Below are positions 1 through 11,444 of a stretch of 22,635 nt of DNA, piece after piece. This stretch comes from Piromyces finnis finn (Eukaryota; Fungi; Neocallimastigomycota): contig MCFH01000160.1 of the NCBI GenBank assembly GCA_002104945.1, positions 1-22,635 on the forward strand, in the 5' to 3' direction. Below the pieces are notes generated by a model. That model ran no database searches. It had not been told where the DNA came from and saw only the letters and a program-made list of their open reading frames with translations. The translations under genes were made by a program, and so were the position numbers. Each line of letters opens with the position of its first letter. Positions within the stretch are counted from its first letter, which is position 1.

Positions 1-795
1 ACATTGGTTATTAGATTGTCCAACATTTAGAGATATCCGTATTAAACATTATGATTCCATAGTCCAGCTATTAAATTTTTTCAGTCAACGTAATTCCAAT
101 AGTCCTATCAATAATAATGAAATTGATAATATCAGTAGAGATAGTAATAACATTAATAGTAATAGTAACAATATAGTAATAACAATAGTAATAGTAACAA
201 TAGTAATAGTAACAATAGTAATAATAACAATAATAGAAATAATAATATTAGTAATGATAGCAATAGTGAAGATAATAATTCTAATTTAGATAGTAATTTA
301 GTTAATGATAGTAATAGTTCTAATAATCCGGTGAATATTAATGTGTATGATTATTCTAGTGTGTGCAGTAAAATATTTAAATTCCTTCTTGGGGGAAGAA
401 GTTTTAACAATATAATTACAATTCAAGGGAATGGAAAGAACTTTGTAAGCGTCAGATTCAATCTGGTACTAATGAAGGAACACCATTCTTGACGGTAACC
501 GCGGAACTTCTAACCAAAATCATGCCTTTTGCTATTGGCCAGCAATGGTCAATGTTCAAAAGGTTTGAAGCAACATCCAAGAGCGTCAATGCTGAAGAAA
601 CAGTAAGACAGGCCAGGAGGGCCAGCGCAACCAATGGAGATCATAATTTTGTTCCATGACAAAATTTTGATCTTTGGCTCGGTGCCCATTGGAAGTCAAA
701 TACAATTATTATACTTTAGATGATAGTGCTTTCTACTTTAATTAAAATTATATACATGTAATAAAAAATTAAAATAAAAATAAAATAAAAAAAAA
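1..795 (+). mobile_element. 3' end of a second copy of the LINE at 830-5500 (CCHC tail, Asn/Ser tract, C-terminal domain, 3' UTR, A-rich tail); runs off the window start
   Basis: Base 1 onward is the reverse complement of 1591 downward. It reads HWLLDCPTFRDIRIKHYD from base 2. An A-rich tract (taataaaaaattaaaataaaaataaaataaaaaaaaa) lies at ~759-795. Confidence 0.75.
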
Positions 796-872
796 TATGT
801 TTAAATAAACACAAATGAATAAAAATTGGTATAATGTATTCTAGTAATTTAATTAAAGTAAGAAAGTTCATA

Positions 873-3800
873 CTAAAGTATAATAATTGTATTTGACTTC
901 CAATGGGACACCGAGCCAAAGATCAAAATTTTGTCATGGACAAAATTATGATCTCCATTGGTTGCGCTGGCCCTCCTGGCCTGTCTTACTGTTTCTTCAG
1001 CATTGACGCTCTTGGATGTTGCTTCAAACCTTTTGAACATTGACCATTGCTGGCCAATAGCAAAAGGCATGATTTTGGTTAGAAGTTCCGCGGTTACCGT
1101 CAAGAATGGTGTTCCTTCATTAGTACCAGATTGAATCTGACGCTTACAAAGTTCTTTCCATTCCCTTGAATTGTAATTGATATTGTTAAAACTTCTTCCC
1201 CCAAGAAGGAATTTAAATATTTTACTGCACACACTAGAATAATCATACACATTAATATTCACCGGATTATTAGAACTATTACTATCATTAACTAAATTAC
1301 TATCTAAATTAGAATTATTATCTTCACTATTGCTATCATTACAATATTATATTTCTATTATTGTTATTATTACTATTGTTACTATTACTATTGTTACTAT
1401 TACTATTGTTATTACTACTATTGTTACTATTACTATTAATGTTATTACTATCTCTACTGATATTATCAATTTCATTATTATTGATAGGACTATTGGAATT
1501 ACGTTGACTGAAAAAATTTAATAGCTGGACTATGGAATCATAATGTTTAATACGGATATCTCTAAATGTTGGACAATCTAATAACCAATGTTTAATACTT
1601 TGATCTCCACACTTGCAACATGGACAGTAGTTAGGACAAACTGGATCAACAAATTTGCAGCTTTGGCAACTCTAGCATCCAACTTGTATCCGCTTCTTGC
1701 TTTCAATAGCCAGTAGAAGCCATAGGCAAACTCTGGGTACTCATAACATAATTTAATAAAATCTTTAGTTTCAATAAATTTATTATCATCATAATATTGC
1801 GCTTTGATTGAATTCCCTTTGAGATCTTTCCAATAAAAGTTTTTAACTGCTTTAACATCTCCATGTTTCTTTAGTTTTTTATCAAGTGTCCTACTTGATT
1901 TGCACCACGTGTATTTTCTAAATTTAGGAATGTAATTGACAAGGTGTGAGATAATACAATTTGAGTTTTTCCATTTGTTAAAACATCTAACCTGAGCTAA
2001 CGCACATTTGGCTGACAATGGAGGAATATTCAAATCTTTTGAATAGAGTATAAAGATATAAACGATACAGCTTTATGAACTCCGGCAACCCATCGTATTC
2101 CTTTGTTAACATGCTTCTGAGCAATCCTAGACCTAGCTTTGTTGGATCCAAGTAATGGTGCAAAGTATGAAACTCTGCTAATCACTTGTGAGTTAAGTAC
2201 TAGTTTTTTGAAGGAATAGGAATATTAGGATTTCTTAAGAATTTACTGACTGAGAAAAGCCCTTTCAAAACCTTGTTATTAAGAGCTTTAATACTGGTTT
2301 AAGGGACAGATTCTTATCAAATGGAACACCAAGATAAGTATACAATCAGTAGTTGGAATGGGTTGTCCTGCTAAGTAAAATGTTGGATCTCTCTTGTTCT
2401 GATTTTCTATTGATTCAGGACGAATCACCATCGTTGAACATTTCTGGATACCAAATTCCATTTCATTATACAAGGCCCATTCATTAACTCTTCTAAGCAT
2501 CTTTTTTAAGCATCCTCTTGTTGGAGCACAAATAACTATATCATCTGCAAAAAGTCCACCACAGCATCGAGTGTCACCTAAACTGACTCCTAGATCTTCG
2601 CACTCTTAAATATATCATTAATAAAGAGATTAAAGAGAATAGGAGAAAGAGGGCAACCTTGACGACTCCTTTCTTCACATCAAAAGATTTCGAAGAATGT
2701 CATCTAATTTGAATTAGCCTTAGATTTAAATATAAATTTTTGATGAATTGTAAACTCTACCTCGGATTCCTAAACAATCTAATTTATGGAGAATATTACC
2801 GATTGGGACTGAATCGTATGCTTTCCTGAGATCTAAAAGGCCAAATATGTCTCTTTATTATCTATTGAGTCTACGGCTATTTCTTGGATTGAAATGAAAA
2901 ACTAAACTTCTTCCTTTTTTCGAAAACCAATTGTTCAGGTCTAATGAAATTTCTTTAAACCTATTTGAGATCTAGTGTGACAATTTGGAAATCAACTTAA
3001 TACCATTATGATAAGTGATATACTCGATAGTTATCACAATCTGTCAATCTCCCTTCTAGGAATAGAAACAATACTGGATTCATTCCATGAGTTGGGGAAA
3101 TCTCCATCCCAAATACGGTTGAATAATTTAAGAATAAAATTTAAACCATGAGCATCATTATCTGATAGTATTACCGGAAGAATTATATCGTAGCATATTA
3201 GAATCATACTTGATGGAATTAATGCTTGTAAAATTCAATTGGAATACCATCCGGACCTGATGCTTTATAATTTGGAGTAGGAGGATAGCTGACTTGACTT
3301 CATCAATACTAATATCTTGGTTGATATCCCACTCATCAAGCATAGGAAGTGAAAAACGTTTATTCGTTGGTTCTTCATACCAATGCTCCAAATCAAGACT
3401 TACACCACTTGGATCTGATGCAAGCTTTTCGAAATGATCATGCCACACATCTAGTTGTTCTTCCGTAGCAACAACTAATTCTCCATTTTTATTTTTAATT
3501 GGTTGAGCAATAAAGAAAGAATCTTTTCCAATTTTTGCAGTTTTCTTGATCCATTTCCAGGCCTTCTTAGGATTATGACTCTTCATATACTCACATCCTG
3601 TTTTAATCCAATGAAGATATTCTTGTTCCTAAATTCATTACATCTTTTGTGGATGTAATCAATGAGCTTACGGTAGATTTTAATTCTTTTAATAAATTCA
3701 TCTATATCATAAATTCTTTCTTTTTTAAATCTCTTATACAACTTCATTTTGATTTTTTGAGATTAAAAATTTGTTGTGAAATATGAAATGAAGACTTTAT

Positions 3801-5403
3801 AACATTATTTGCTGAAGTAATACTGAGCTCGTCTGCAATTGAAAAAGCAGTTGAAGTAAACTCTTTGGAAAGTTCATCTGTAGAAACATTAGGATCGTTG
3901 AATTTTGCTGAAAGTATTTGGAATTTATTATGACTGAGAATAGATTCCTTTTCCTCAATACATTTTAATCTATTCCATTTCAGAATTTTCTTAGGAACAT
4001 TAAAGTCATTAGAAAAATCTTCCATAGGAATAATTTTACCATTAATAAGAAGTGGCTTATGGTCTGATACAGGATAAAAATTATTATAAATGATCCTGAG
4101 TGAATAAGATCTTTCATCTTCGAATTGATAAGAGCATGGTCAATGTCGGAAGATTGATCACCTCGGTCCAAGAGATAGTCGACCCTCTAAGCGGAAGAAT
4201 TCCCCAATCTCCTAATCCATTAGTTGATAACCAGTGGATAATTTTACTTTAGACATATTAAAATCACCAACAAGAATCGATGGATGGGATGAATGAGTTT
4301 GTAACCACAAGCGAACTTCTAACTTTGCATGATCAACATAGATGTTGTGATGACTATGAGGCATATACACATTTCCAATCGAGCATTGAATCTATTCCAG
4401 AGACTAAAAGTATAAATAGAAATAATATACTTTCCAGAGAAGTTTTCAAGTAAGGCTTGACATGAATTGTGAAAACCTAAATATAAACCTCTCATTCCCG
4501 GAGCTGATTCGTCAGCTTTCTTGAAAAGTGTCTATAGTTTCGCAAAGTAACACGACAAGGATATCTGTATTCGAACCAGAACCATTACCAGTTTCTTGGA
4601 AACATAAAAATAATGGTTTGAAAATAGCTGTGAAATAGCTAATACTATCTCTCTTTTCGTGATTCCACCCATTGGTGTTCCAACTAAGACAAAAAGAAAA
4701 GTTATCAGGCTTGATGGATGAGGAAGAATCGTTGCTATTATTATTATTATCAAGGTCATCATTATTAATGGATGATGCATCAGAGGAATAAGTAGAACTA
4801 TTACTAGATGGCTGTGAAACTGAAGAACTATCAACTATTGAACTGTTATCAGAGTTGATAGAGCTATTAGAATTAATTGTTGAATGTTGAGATTGAAATT
4901 GTGTTTGCTGTAGATCTGGAATATTTTTATGATGGGAACTTGTTGAAGATCTTGTTGAAGATCTTGTTGAAGATCGGATTGTTGATGAGATTGTTGAACT
5001 GATTGTTGAAATGATTGTTGAATAGAATGTTGATGTTTATTAGAACTAAAATTTTACGTTTGAGTGTGGAAAAAGTGTATTTGTGATTCCTTCTACTACG
5101 AGCTGAAAAGGAATTGAGGTAACTGAAAGTTTCTTCTTTAACATGTGTAAGATTTTAATACAATCTTTTGTTGAACCATGAACCTTGACTAAGAAAAAGT
5201 GATCATTGAAAGTCTGAAAATATTTAACACTAATAACTGAATTAAATTTATCTTCTAGAATAACCTCGAGTTTTTCCCATAGCATATTTACTGACCATGA
5301 TCGAATACCACGGATAAAGAAGGAGCGAATATCATCTAAGGGGATACCATAAGACCGGGTACCAGTCTGATATAATTTTATCTTTAATATAAAGGACTGA
5401 CAT
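873..5403 (-). pseudogene. LINE polyprotein (N-terminal domain, Q/S/N-rich linker, APE, RT, CCHC, C-terminal domain), broken by many 1-bp frameshifts
   Basis: APE motifs: SWNTNGW and LCFQET (~4590-4690), IGNVYMP, ILVGDFN (~4255-4275), SDH (4059-4067). RT motifs: NYR-ISL (~3010-3035), RQGCPLSPILFNLFIND (~2615-2665), LFADD (FADD at 2540-2551). Zinc finger CPCCKCGDQSIKHWLLDCP (~1568-1625). ATG at 5403. The ORF-track pieces 5046-5285, 3744-4025, 3158-3586, 2288-2500, 1578-2033 and 873-1262 are parts of it. Confidence 0.88.
1300..1470 (-). repeat. Low-complexity (AAT/AGT/AAC)n tract encoding Asn/Ser inside the LINE ORF; mirrored at ~120-330
   Basis: Repeated ttactattgtta units on the + strand; in frame after the CCHC motif on the - strand. 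Confidence 0.85.
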
Positions 5404-5998
5404 GATAATAAATTCTAATTAAAAAATATTGAATATAAATAAATACTAATAAAAATTATAAATATACGTATATGGAAAAAATCTGTCTCTCTCTCTCTTC
5501 TTAAAGTACTGGATAGTACAAAAATTGTTACGATGCTTTGTTTAAAGTTTCTTTTTTTTGAATTCTAGTTGTAAATTTTCTTTAAAAATTCTAGTTTTGG
5601 TTTGTTGTTAGTAAATTCGATTCGCTTTTTGACACTAAACTTGTTTGACTTTACTTTTCATTAAATATTTAAATTGGTAAAAAATTTGAATCAAGAATGT
5701 CGACACCAGAAAGCTTGTGAATAGTATTTTTACATGATGTAGAGTGAATCAGTCTCTTACAAGAAACAATACAACAATAGCTACATGAATATAAAAATAC
5801 AATGCAAATGCTAAAGTTGCCTACATTGGATTCTTACAAGAGAAGAGTAGTACTACATGAATACATGAATAAAAGAAAAATACAGCAACAAATGTATTAC
5901 TCTTCTAATTAAATACTATACAAACTTACCTGAATATCAAACATTCAACTTATTCATCAAATACTTAAATTCGATGAATAAAATGTTTTTTAATCGCT

Positions 5999-6473
5999 CA
6001 GTACCATGAGCTTAGTCCTAATAATTTTCCCTTAAAGACTAACCAAGCATCCATTGCGCAATACTTGGATTTAATTCTTTCTACTCTCTCAGTACCATGA
6101 GCATGAGTAGACCCCCTTGAGAAACTCCATTTATTAAATAAATGAAGGCACGTTACCAAGGGGGTCAGTATTTTACTACCGAATAAAACAATTTAAAGTT
6201 TAATATTTGTTATAAAAGTTGTAAAAGCAACTACTATCTAAAGTAAGTTGAGGTGTAAGAGAGATATGATATAACAACTAACACTCAAATTATCTACTCT
6301 ATGTGCCCAGTACCATAAGTTTAGTCCTTATAATATTTCACAATAAAGACTAACCAAGCATCCATTGCGCAATGTTTGGATTTATTTTTTCTACTCGCTC
6401 AGTACCATGAGCATGAGTAGAGCCCTTGAGAAACTTTATTTATTAAATAAATGAAGGCACGTTCCCAAGAGGG
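5999..6473 (+). repeat. Direct repeat A (5999-6164), spacer B (6165-6307), A' (6308-6473)
   Basis: Both 166-bp arms read cagtaccat..ttagtcc..taaagactaaccaagcatccattgcgcaat..ctcagtaccatgagcatgagtag..cccttgagaaact..aaatgaaggcacgtt.ccaag.ggg. Confidence 0.92.
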
Positions 6474-7009
6474 ATTTGTAGCTTCATAAGCTAAAATATA
6501 ATTTATTATAAAGAACTACTTATTTATCACTAAATATCTGTATTTAAGGGAGAGATAGTGAAAATATGAAATTTAAAATTCAAAAAAACAATATTTATTT
6601 ATATGTAAACACTACGAATAATTAAAACATTAATAGAAACTAGGGCGTAAATACATAGAAAGAATGAAAATTCAAATGGAAAATAAGATTCAATACACGG
6701 AAAGAAACAAATTTAAAATACAAATTAAAAATACTCTTAATATTATAATTATAAGTAAATCAATACAAATACATAAAATCACCTAAAAATAAAATATTAA
6801 AATTCAATACATATAAACTAAATGAATTTAACATTATTAAATATTATATAAAAAAATACTAACATTTTATAATTATTTATTGGTTATTTTTTATATAAAT
6901 TTTATATTTTAATCCTTTATTTATTACTTTTTGTATTATTAATATTAATAGATTTATAAAATAAGCCGTAAATTTTTATAATTTACTAAAATAAAATAAA
7001 ATTTCAATA

Positions 7010-8383
7010 TAAATTATTATTATAGTATCCCAAAGATATTATTAATAGGTGATATTTCTTTGAAATATTTTTTATATATTTCTATATTACTTTTTAATGG
7101 AAATATTCTTTTAAATCCACCTAATGGTCTTGTAAACTCACATATACTTTGTTGAATTGCTTCTTCAATATGTTTTTAAATTTTTTTTCACCTTCTAAAG
7201 CTTTTCATCAATATGAGAATAAGGTACAATTCCTATAATATTAAATAGTCTACTAATGTTTGTCTTAACATTTTCTTTCGATCTAAAGTTAATGATTCTT
7301 CTGCTAAAGTTGGATTTATATTTATTTCAATTAACCATGGTTTAAATTTTCATCAATCATTATATCCACACCATATAAATCATAAATATTATTAGACTTA
7401 AGTTTCATACTATTTTCTTTTTTATCTCTAAATGATTCATGTAATTATTGATTTTATAATAATATCATTAACCTTCTTTTCAATTTCCGAAAATTTAGTT
7501 TATATTCTTTTTTTAAATATTTTTTAATTTTTTCAAATGATACAACCGATTCTTTTACTTTAAAATTATTTTTATTTTTTTTATTAAGATATAAGTTAGT
7601 TAACATGTTTAAATATGTTATCCAATTGGTCTAAATCAATATCTATTTTTCTGATGATACCTTAGCCATCCGTTTGAATGTACATATATTTTTAATGGAT
7701 TATGCCCCAGTAACTAAACATGAAATCTTAAATCAAACTTCTTTCCATTTATTAATAATGGATTTGAAATATATTTAGTTACTATTCATTCTTTCTTACA
7801 TCATTAACACTCTTTAGAAATCTTATTTATTACCCAATGATGAATTTCTTGCTTTATTAACCATAAATTATTTTTTGATATTTATAATTTTTAAAATACC
7901 TCTTAAATTCTTCAATGGTTTCTTGTGTATAGTTTTAGGTAATAATTAAAATCTTCAGAAAATTGTTTTTTAAAATTTCATAATTTTTATATAAAGATGT
8001 TTTCTAGTAATTTCATGAAACATAAGCATATGATTATACTTTTGATATTTATTTATCGTTAGGAATAACTGAATTTTACGTGTTGCTCTCCAATTCAAAT
8101 TTACATTATTTTCTTCAAACAAACTTATTATTCCATTTTCACTTAATGTAGATCTTAAACTTTTGAGATTAGGATGTTTTCCTCCAACAAAATATTTTTT
8201 ATCATTAATTATAAACTCTTCCACTCTATCATTTATATTACTTTTAAGTAATGACGGATATTTAAAAAATATTGTTCTTTGATTAACTTTACATTTAGAT
8301 GACGGTAATAACATTAATAATTTCTGTGATGTTACATTAGTATACTGAGGTATTTTTTCTAATATATTTTTTTTTTTTCTCAC
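7010..8383 (-). pseudogene. Tubulin-tyrosine ligase family (TTL/TTLL, ATP-grasp) domain 2; frameshifted as assembled and probably the C-terminal half of the 8501-10035 gene
   Basis: Hand translation gives NLWLIK, TKYISNPLLINGKKFDLRF, YGVDIMIDENL-PWLIEININP, NIIGIVPYSH and QSICEFTRPLGGFKRIFPLK, all paralleling domain 1. The ORF at 7970-8383 (FFKYPS, KYFVG, HEITRK) matches the region upstream of domain 1. The 3' end is approximate. Confidence 0.85.
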
Positions 8384-8500
8384 TTTTCTCTAAAATACCA
8401 TTAATTTTTTTTTTTTCAATTTTTTTCTTTTCTTTGTTTTCATTACCTAAGTTTATTGATTTTATAACATCAATGGATTTTACATTAACAGTTGAATTAT

Positions 8501-10035
8501 TTACAATTTTTTTTTTTTTTTTCCATTTTCTTTATTTATTCTATTCCAAAGTACTTTATTATTTTCAGAATAACTTTCAAAAAACTTCTTATAATAATTA
8601 ATATTTTCTTTTAGTGGAAAAATTACTTCAAATCCTCCTAAAGGTCTTGTTAATTCACATATAGATTGATCAATAATTTCTTCTATTGAATTTTCATATA
8701 TACATTTTCCCTCTAATGCATGACCATTAACATGTGAAAATGGGACCATACCAATTATATTAAACATATCATGCACAATTTGATATTTTATATTTGTTCT
8801 ATGAGATTTATATTTACTTACATTTAAATCAGGACCATGATTTACTTCAAGTAACCAAACTTTAAATTTATCATCAATTATCACATCTACACCTAAAATT
8901 TTAAATAAATTATTTGAGGATAATTTACTATTATTATTTTTTTTTAATTGAATATTATTCATTGATATAAGAGTTTTTATACATATGTCTTTTATTTGAT
9001 CCCATATTTTATTAAAATTTGTATTATATTTTTCTTCAATTAATTTCTTTAATTCTGAAATAGATTTCACAAAATCATTATATTTATATCCTTTTTTGTT
9101 GTTTTTATTAATTGAAGTATTTGTTAAATGTTTATAAGTATTATCTAAATCTTTAATATTTAAATCAAATTCGTCCGTTGATAATCTACATAATCCCTCT
9201 TTAAAAAGATAAATTTTAAGAGGATCATGTCCAGTTACTAATAAATATAACCTTATATCAAATTTTCTATTATCAATTAATAAAGGATTTGATATATACT
9301 TCATAACAATATCGTTTTTTTTAATATTTTCTACGTTTTTTAAAAAATGAATACCTCTTCCTCTTGATAATAATTTTGGTTTAATTAACCATAAATTATT
9401 TTCAGATAATGTATAATTCTCAAACTCTTTTTCAAATTCATTAGTATTTATTTTAACATATGTTTTTGGCATATATGTAAAATCATTTGAAAATTTTTTA
9501 TTCATTTTTCGTAGTTAATATATAAATTGTCTTTTCTTGTTATTTCATAATGTCGTAATATAGTATTTTGTCTTTGATAATAATTTAAATTATATGTTTT
9601 TTTTTTTTGTATTGAATTATTCAATGTCCAGATTAAATTTGCATTTTCCATATGATGTAATCTTATTATATTATTATTACTAAGTGTATTACTTATACTT
9701 GGCATAGTGTAGTTAATTTTACCAAAATATTGTTCGAAAGCCCCAACAAAATATTCTCTATTTTGAATTGTTAATTCAGTTATATTAAATTTTTAATATT
9801 TTGTTCTAAATCTGATGGATATCGAAAAAAATAGTTCGTTGATGACATTACACTGTTCAGCAGGAGATACCATTAATATTTTTTTGTGAATTAATATTTA
9901 AAATTCAGGAAATTTTTCAATAATATCTATATTTTCATTTCTTTTTTATTATTATTTAATATATTTAAAATAAATATTAGTAAATAAAAAAATTTTTATC
10001 CTTACATCACTATATTTTAATGTTATTATTATCAT
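8501..10035 (-). CDS. Tubulin-tyrosine ligase family (TTLL glutamylase/glycylase-like) domain 1; the core is ORF 8501-9505 and the N-terminal part is frameshifted (includes ORF 9502-9705)
   Basis: Motifs WLIKPKLLSRGRG, KYISNPLLIDNRKFDIRLY, GLCR, HLTN and ILGVDVIIDD..WLLEVN are the TTL-family ATP-grasp signatures. The start at ATG 10035 is inferred. Confidence 0.9.
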
Positions 10036-10065
10036 TTATAAAATTACTAAAGAAGAAAAATATTA

Positions 10066-10070
<5 letters not shown>

Positions 10071-10102
<32 letters not shown>
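10071..10102. repeat. (TA)n microsatellite upstream of the TTL gene
   Basis: Uninterrupted TA run of about 16 units. Confidence 0.95.
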
Positions 10103-10103
<1 letters not shown>

Positions 10104-11444
10104 CTCGCATTAATTAATTTTTAATTTATATAATAAACTTTTATTAAATAATTTTAATATTTAAATATTTAATTTTTTTATAAATTTAAATTTTTTAATT
10201 TTTAATTTTTATACTATTTAGAAATTACTTATTTAACTCTATACTTCCATTATATGAATTATTTGGACTTTTACTTTCCCTATTTATTTAAAAAATAAAA
10301 ACAATTACTATTATAATATAGTTATTTTAAACTTATTAATTATTAATATTTACTTTATAAAAAATATACTACTTTACTTTATTTTATTTTTATTATCTTC
10401 ATTATATTCCAATATTCGCATAATACTCCAGATCCTAATATTAATAATATAACTACAATAGTATATATATTAGTTTATTTAATTTCATAATTGTTATAAA
10501 ATAAGCTTTTTAAAACTTATATAAATTTTAAATTAAATAAAAATTATTATTATATATAATATATATATATAAAATAATCTAATCTTATTTTAAAATTTTC
10601 CATTTTTTTAATTATCTATTCATTTTATTAAACTTTTTAAATTCAATTTAATCTAAATTGAATTTAAATTAATAAATAATTTTATCTAATCAATATTCTA
10701 ATTTTATTTTAAAAAAAATTATTAATATGAACCTGTTTTTATAAATTATTATAATTATATTCACGAAAAAAAAAAAAAAAAGACAACTTTTATAAATTTA
10801 CTTGTTTTTTTATATATTATAAAAATATTGACTTATTTATTATATATTTTTATTTTTGTAAAGTTGGAAATTATAAATATAAATTATATTAACAATTAAG
10901 TTAGAATTATGACTATTTGAATTAAAAAAAATTATTATATAATGGTTAATTATTTTAATTTTTTAGCAAAAAATAATATAAAATTATTAATATATATCTA
11001 TCATTAATTAATAATTATTTATTATAATCATATAATTAAAATTATTTTAAAATAATTTTAATAACTAAATTAATGCTCATAATTTTTTTTAGCAGTTGGA
11101 AGGATAGCAATTTATAAATATTTAGTATTTATATGAGCTTTATATTAAAGCAGGATTGAAAACAATGTATTTTGAAGTTCATAGAATATTTTTTATGTCT
11201 TGTTTTGTGTTTTTATTTTTAAGTATTTTACTATGTGCTTTATATATTGATATAAACAATAAATTGCTATATTAATCTATAATACTATATTTATATTATT
11301 TAAATTTTTTATTTAAAAATAATAATAATCATTCATTATGTTTAATCCTCTTTTGAGGTCGCCATGGAAAGCAGCGAATGAGGATCGTCTTTTCTGAAGC
11401 ATGGTAGGAAAAGACAATAAACCCTGGTCTTATCTATTTGATGA

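Larger units (their letters stand above)
1..1591. repeat. Long inverted repeat: arms ~1-750 and ~840-1591, with a ~90-bp AT-rich spacer
   Basis: Direct comparison of the arms, e.g. acattggtta (1-10) vs taaccaatgt (1582-1591). The differences I found are mostly 1-bp indels. Confidence 0.95.
830..5500 (-). mobile_element. Apparently full-length APE-type non-LTR retrotransposon (LINE-like); ends approximate
   Basis: APE, RT and CCHC motifs occur in canonical order on the - strand. No target-site duplication was identified. Confidence 0.9.

Noticed and set aside
716-1521. ORFs 716-919 (-) and 1330-1521 (+) as membrane proteins
   Set aside because: They are products of AT-rich spacer and of the antisense strand of the Asn/Ser microsatellite.
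3980-4834. ORFs 3980-4171 and 4532-4834 as separate genes
   Set aside because: They are mostly alternative frames overlapping the LINE APE region; the real motifs lie in other frames.
5997-6420. CRISPR array from the recurring CAGTACCATGAG motif
   Set aside because: Spacing is irregular, the intervening sequences are themselves duplicated, there are no cas genes, and the context is eukaryotic.
11345-11430. HDV-like or hammerhead ribozyme, or H/ACA snoRNA
   Set aside because: The - strand has a CGA-TCCTCAT-TCG P3/L3-like loop, but I could not find matching P1 and P2 strands. There is no CTGANGA/GAAA core and no H box between the hairpins.
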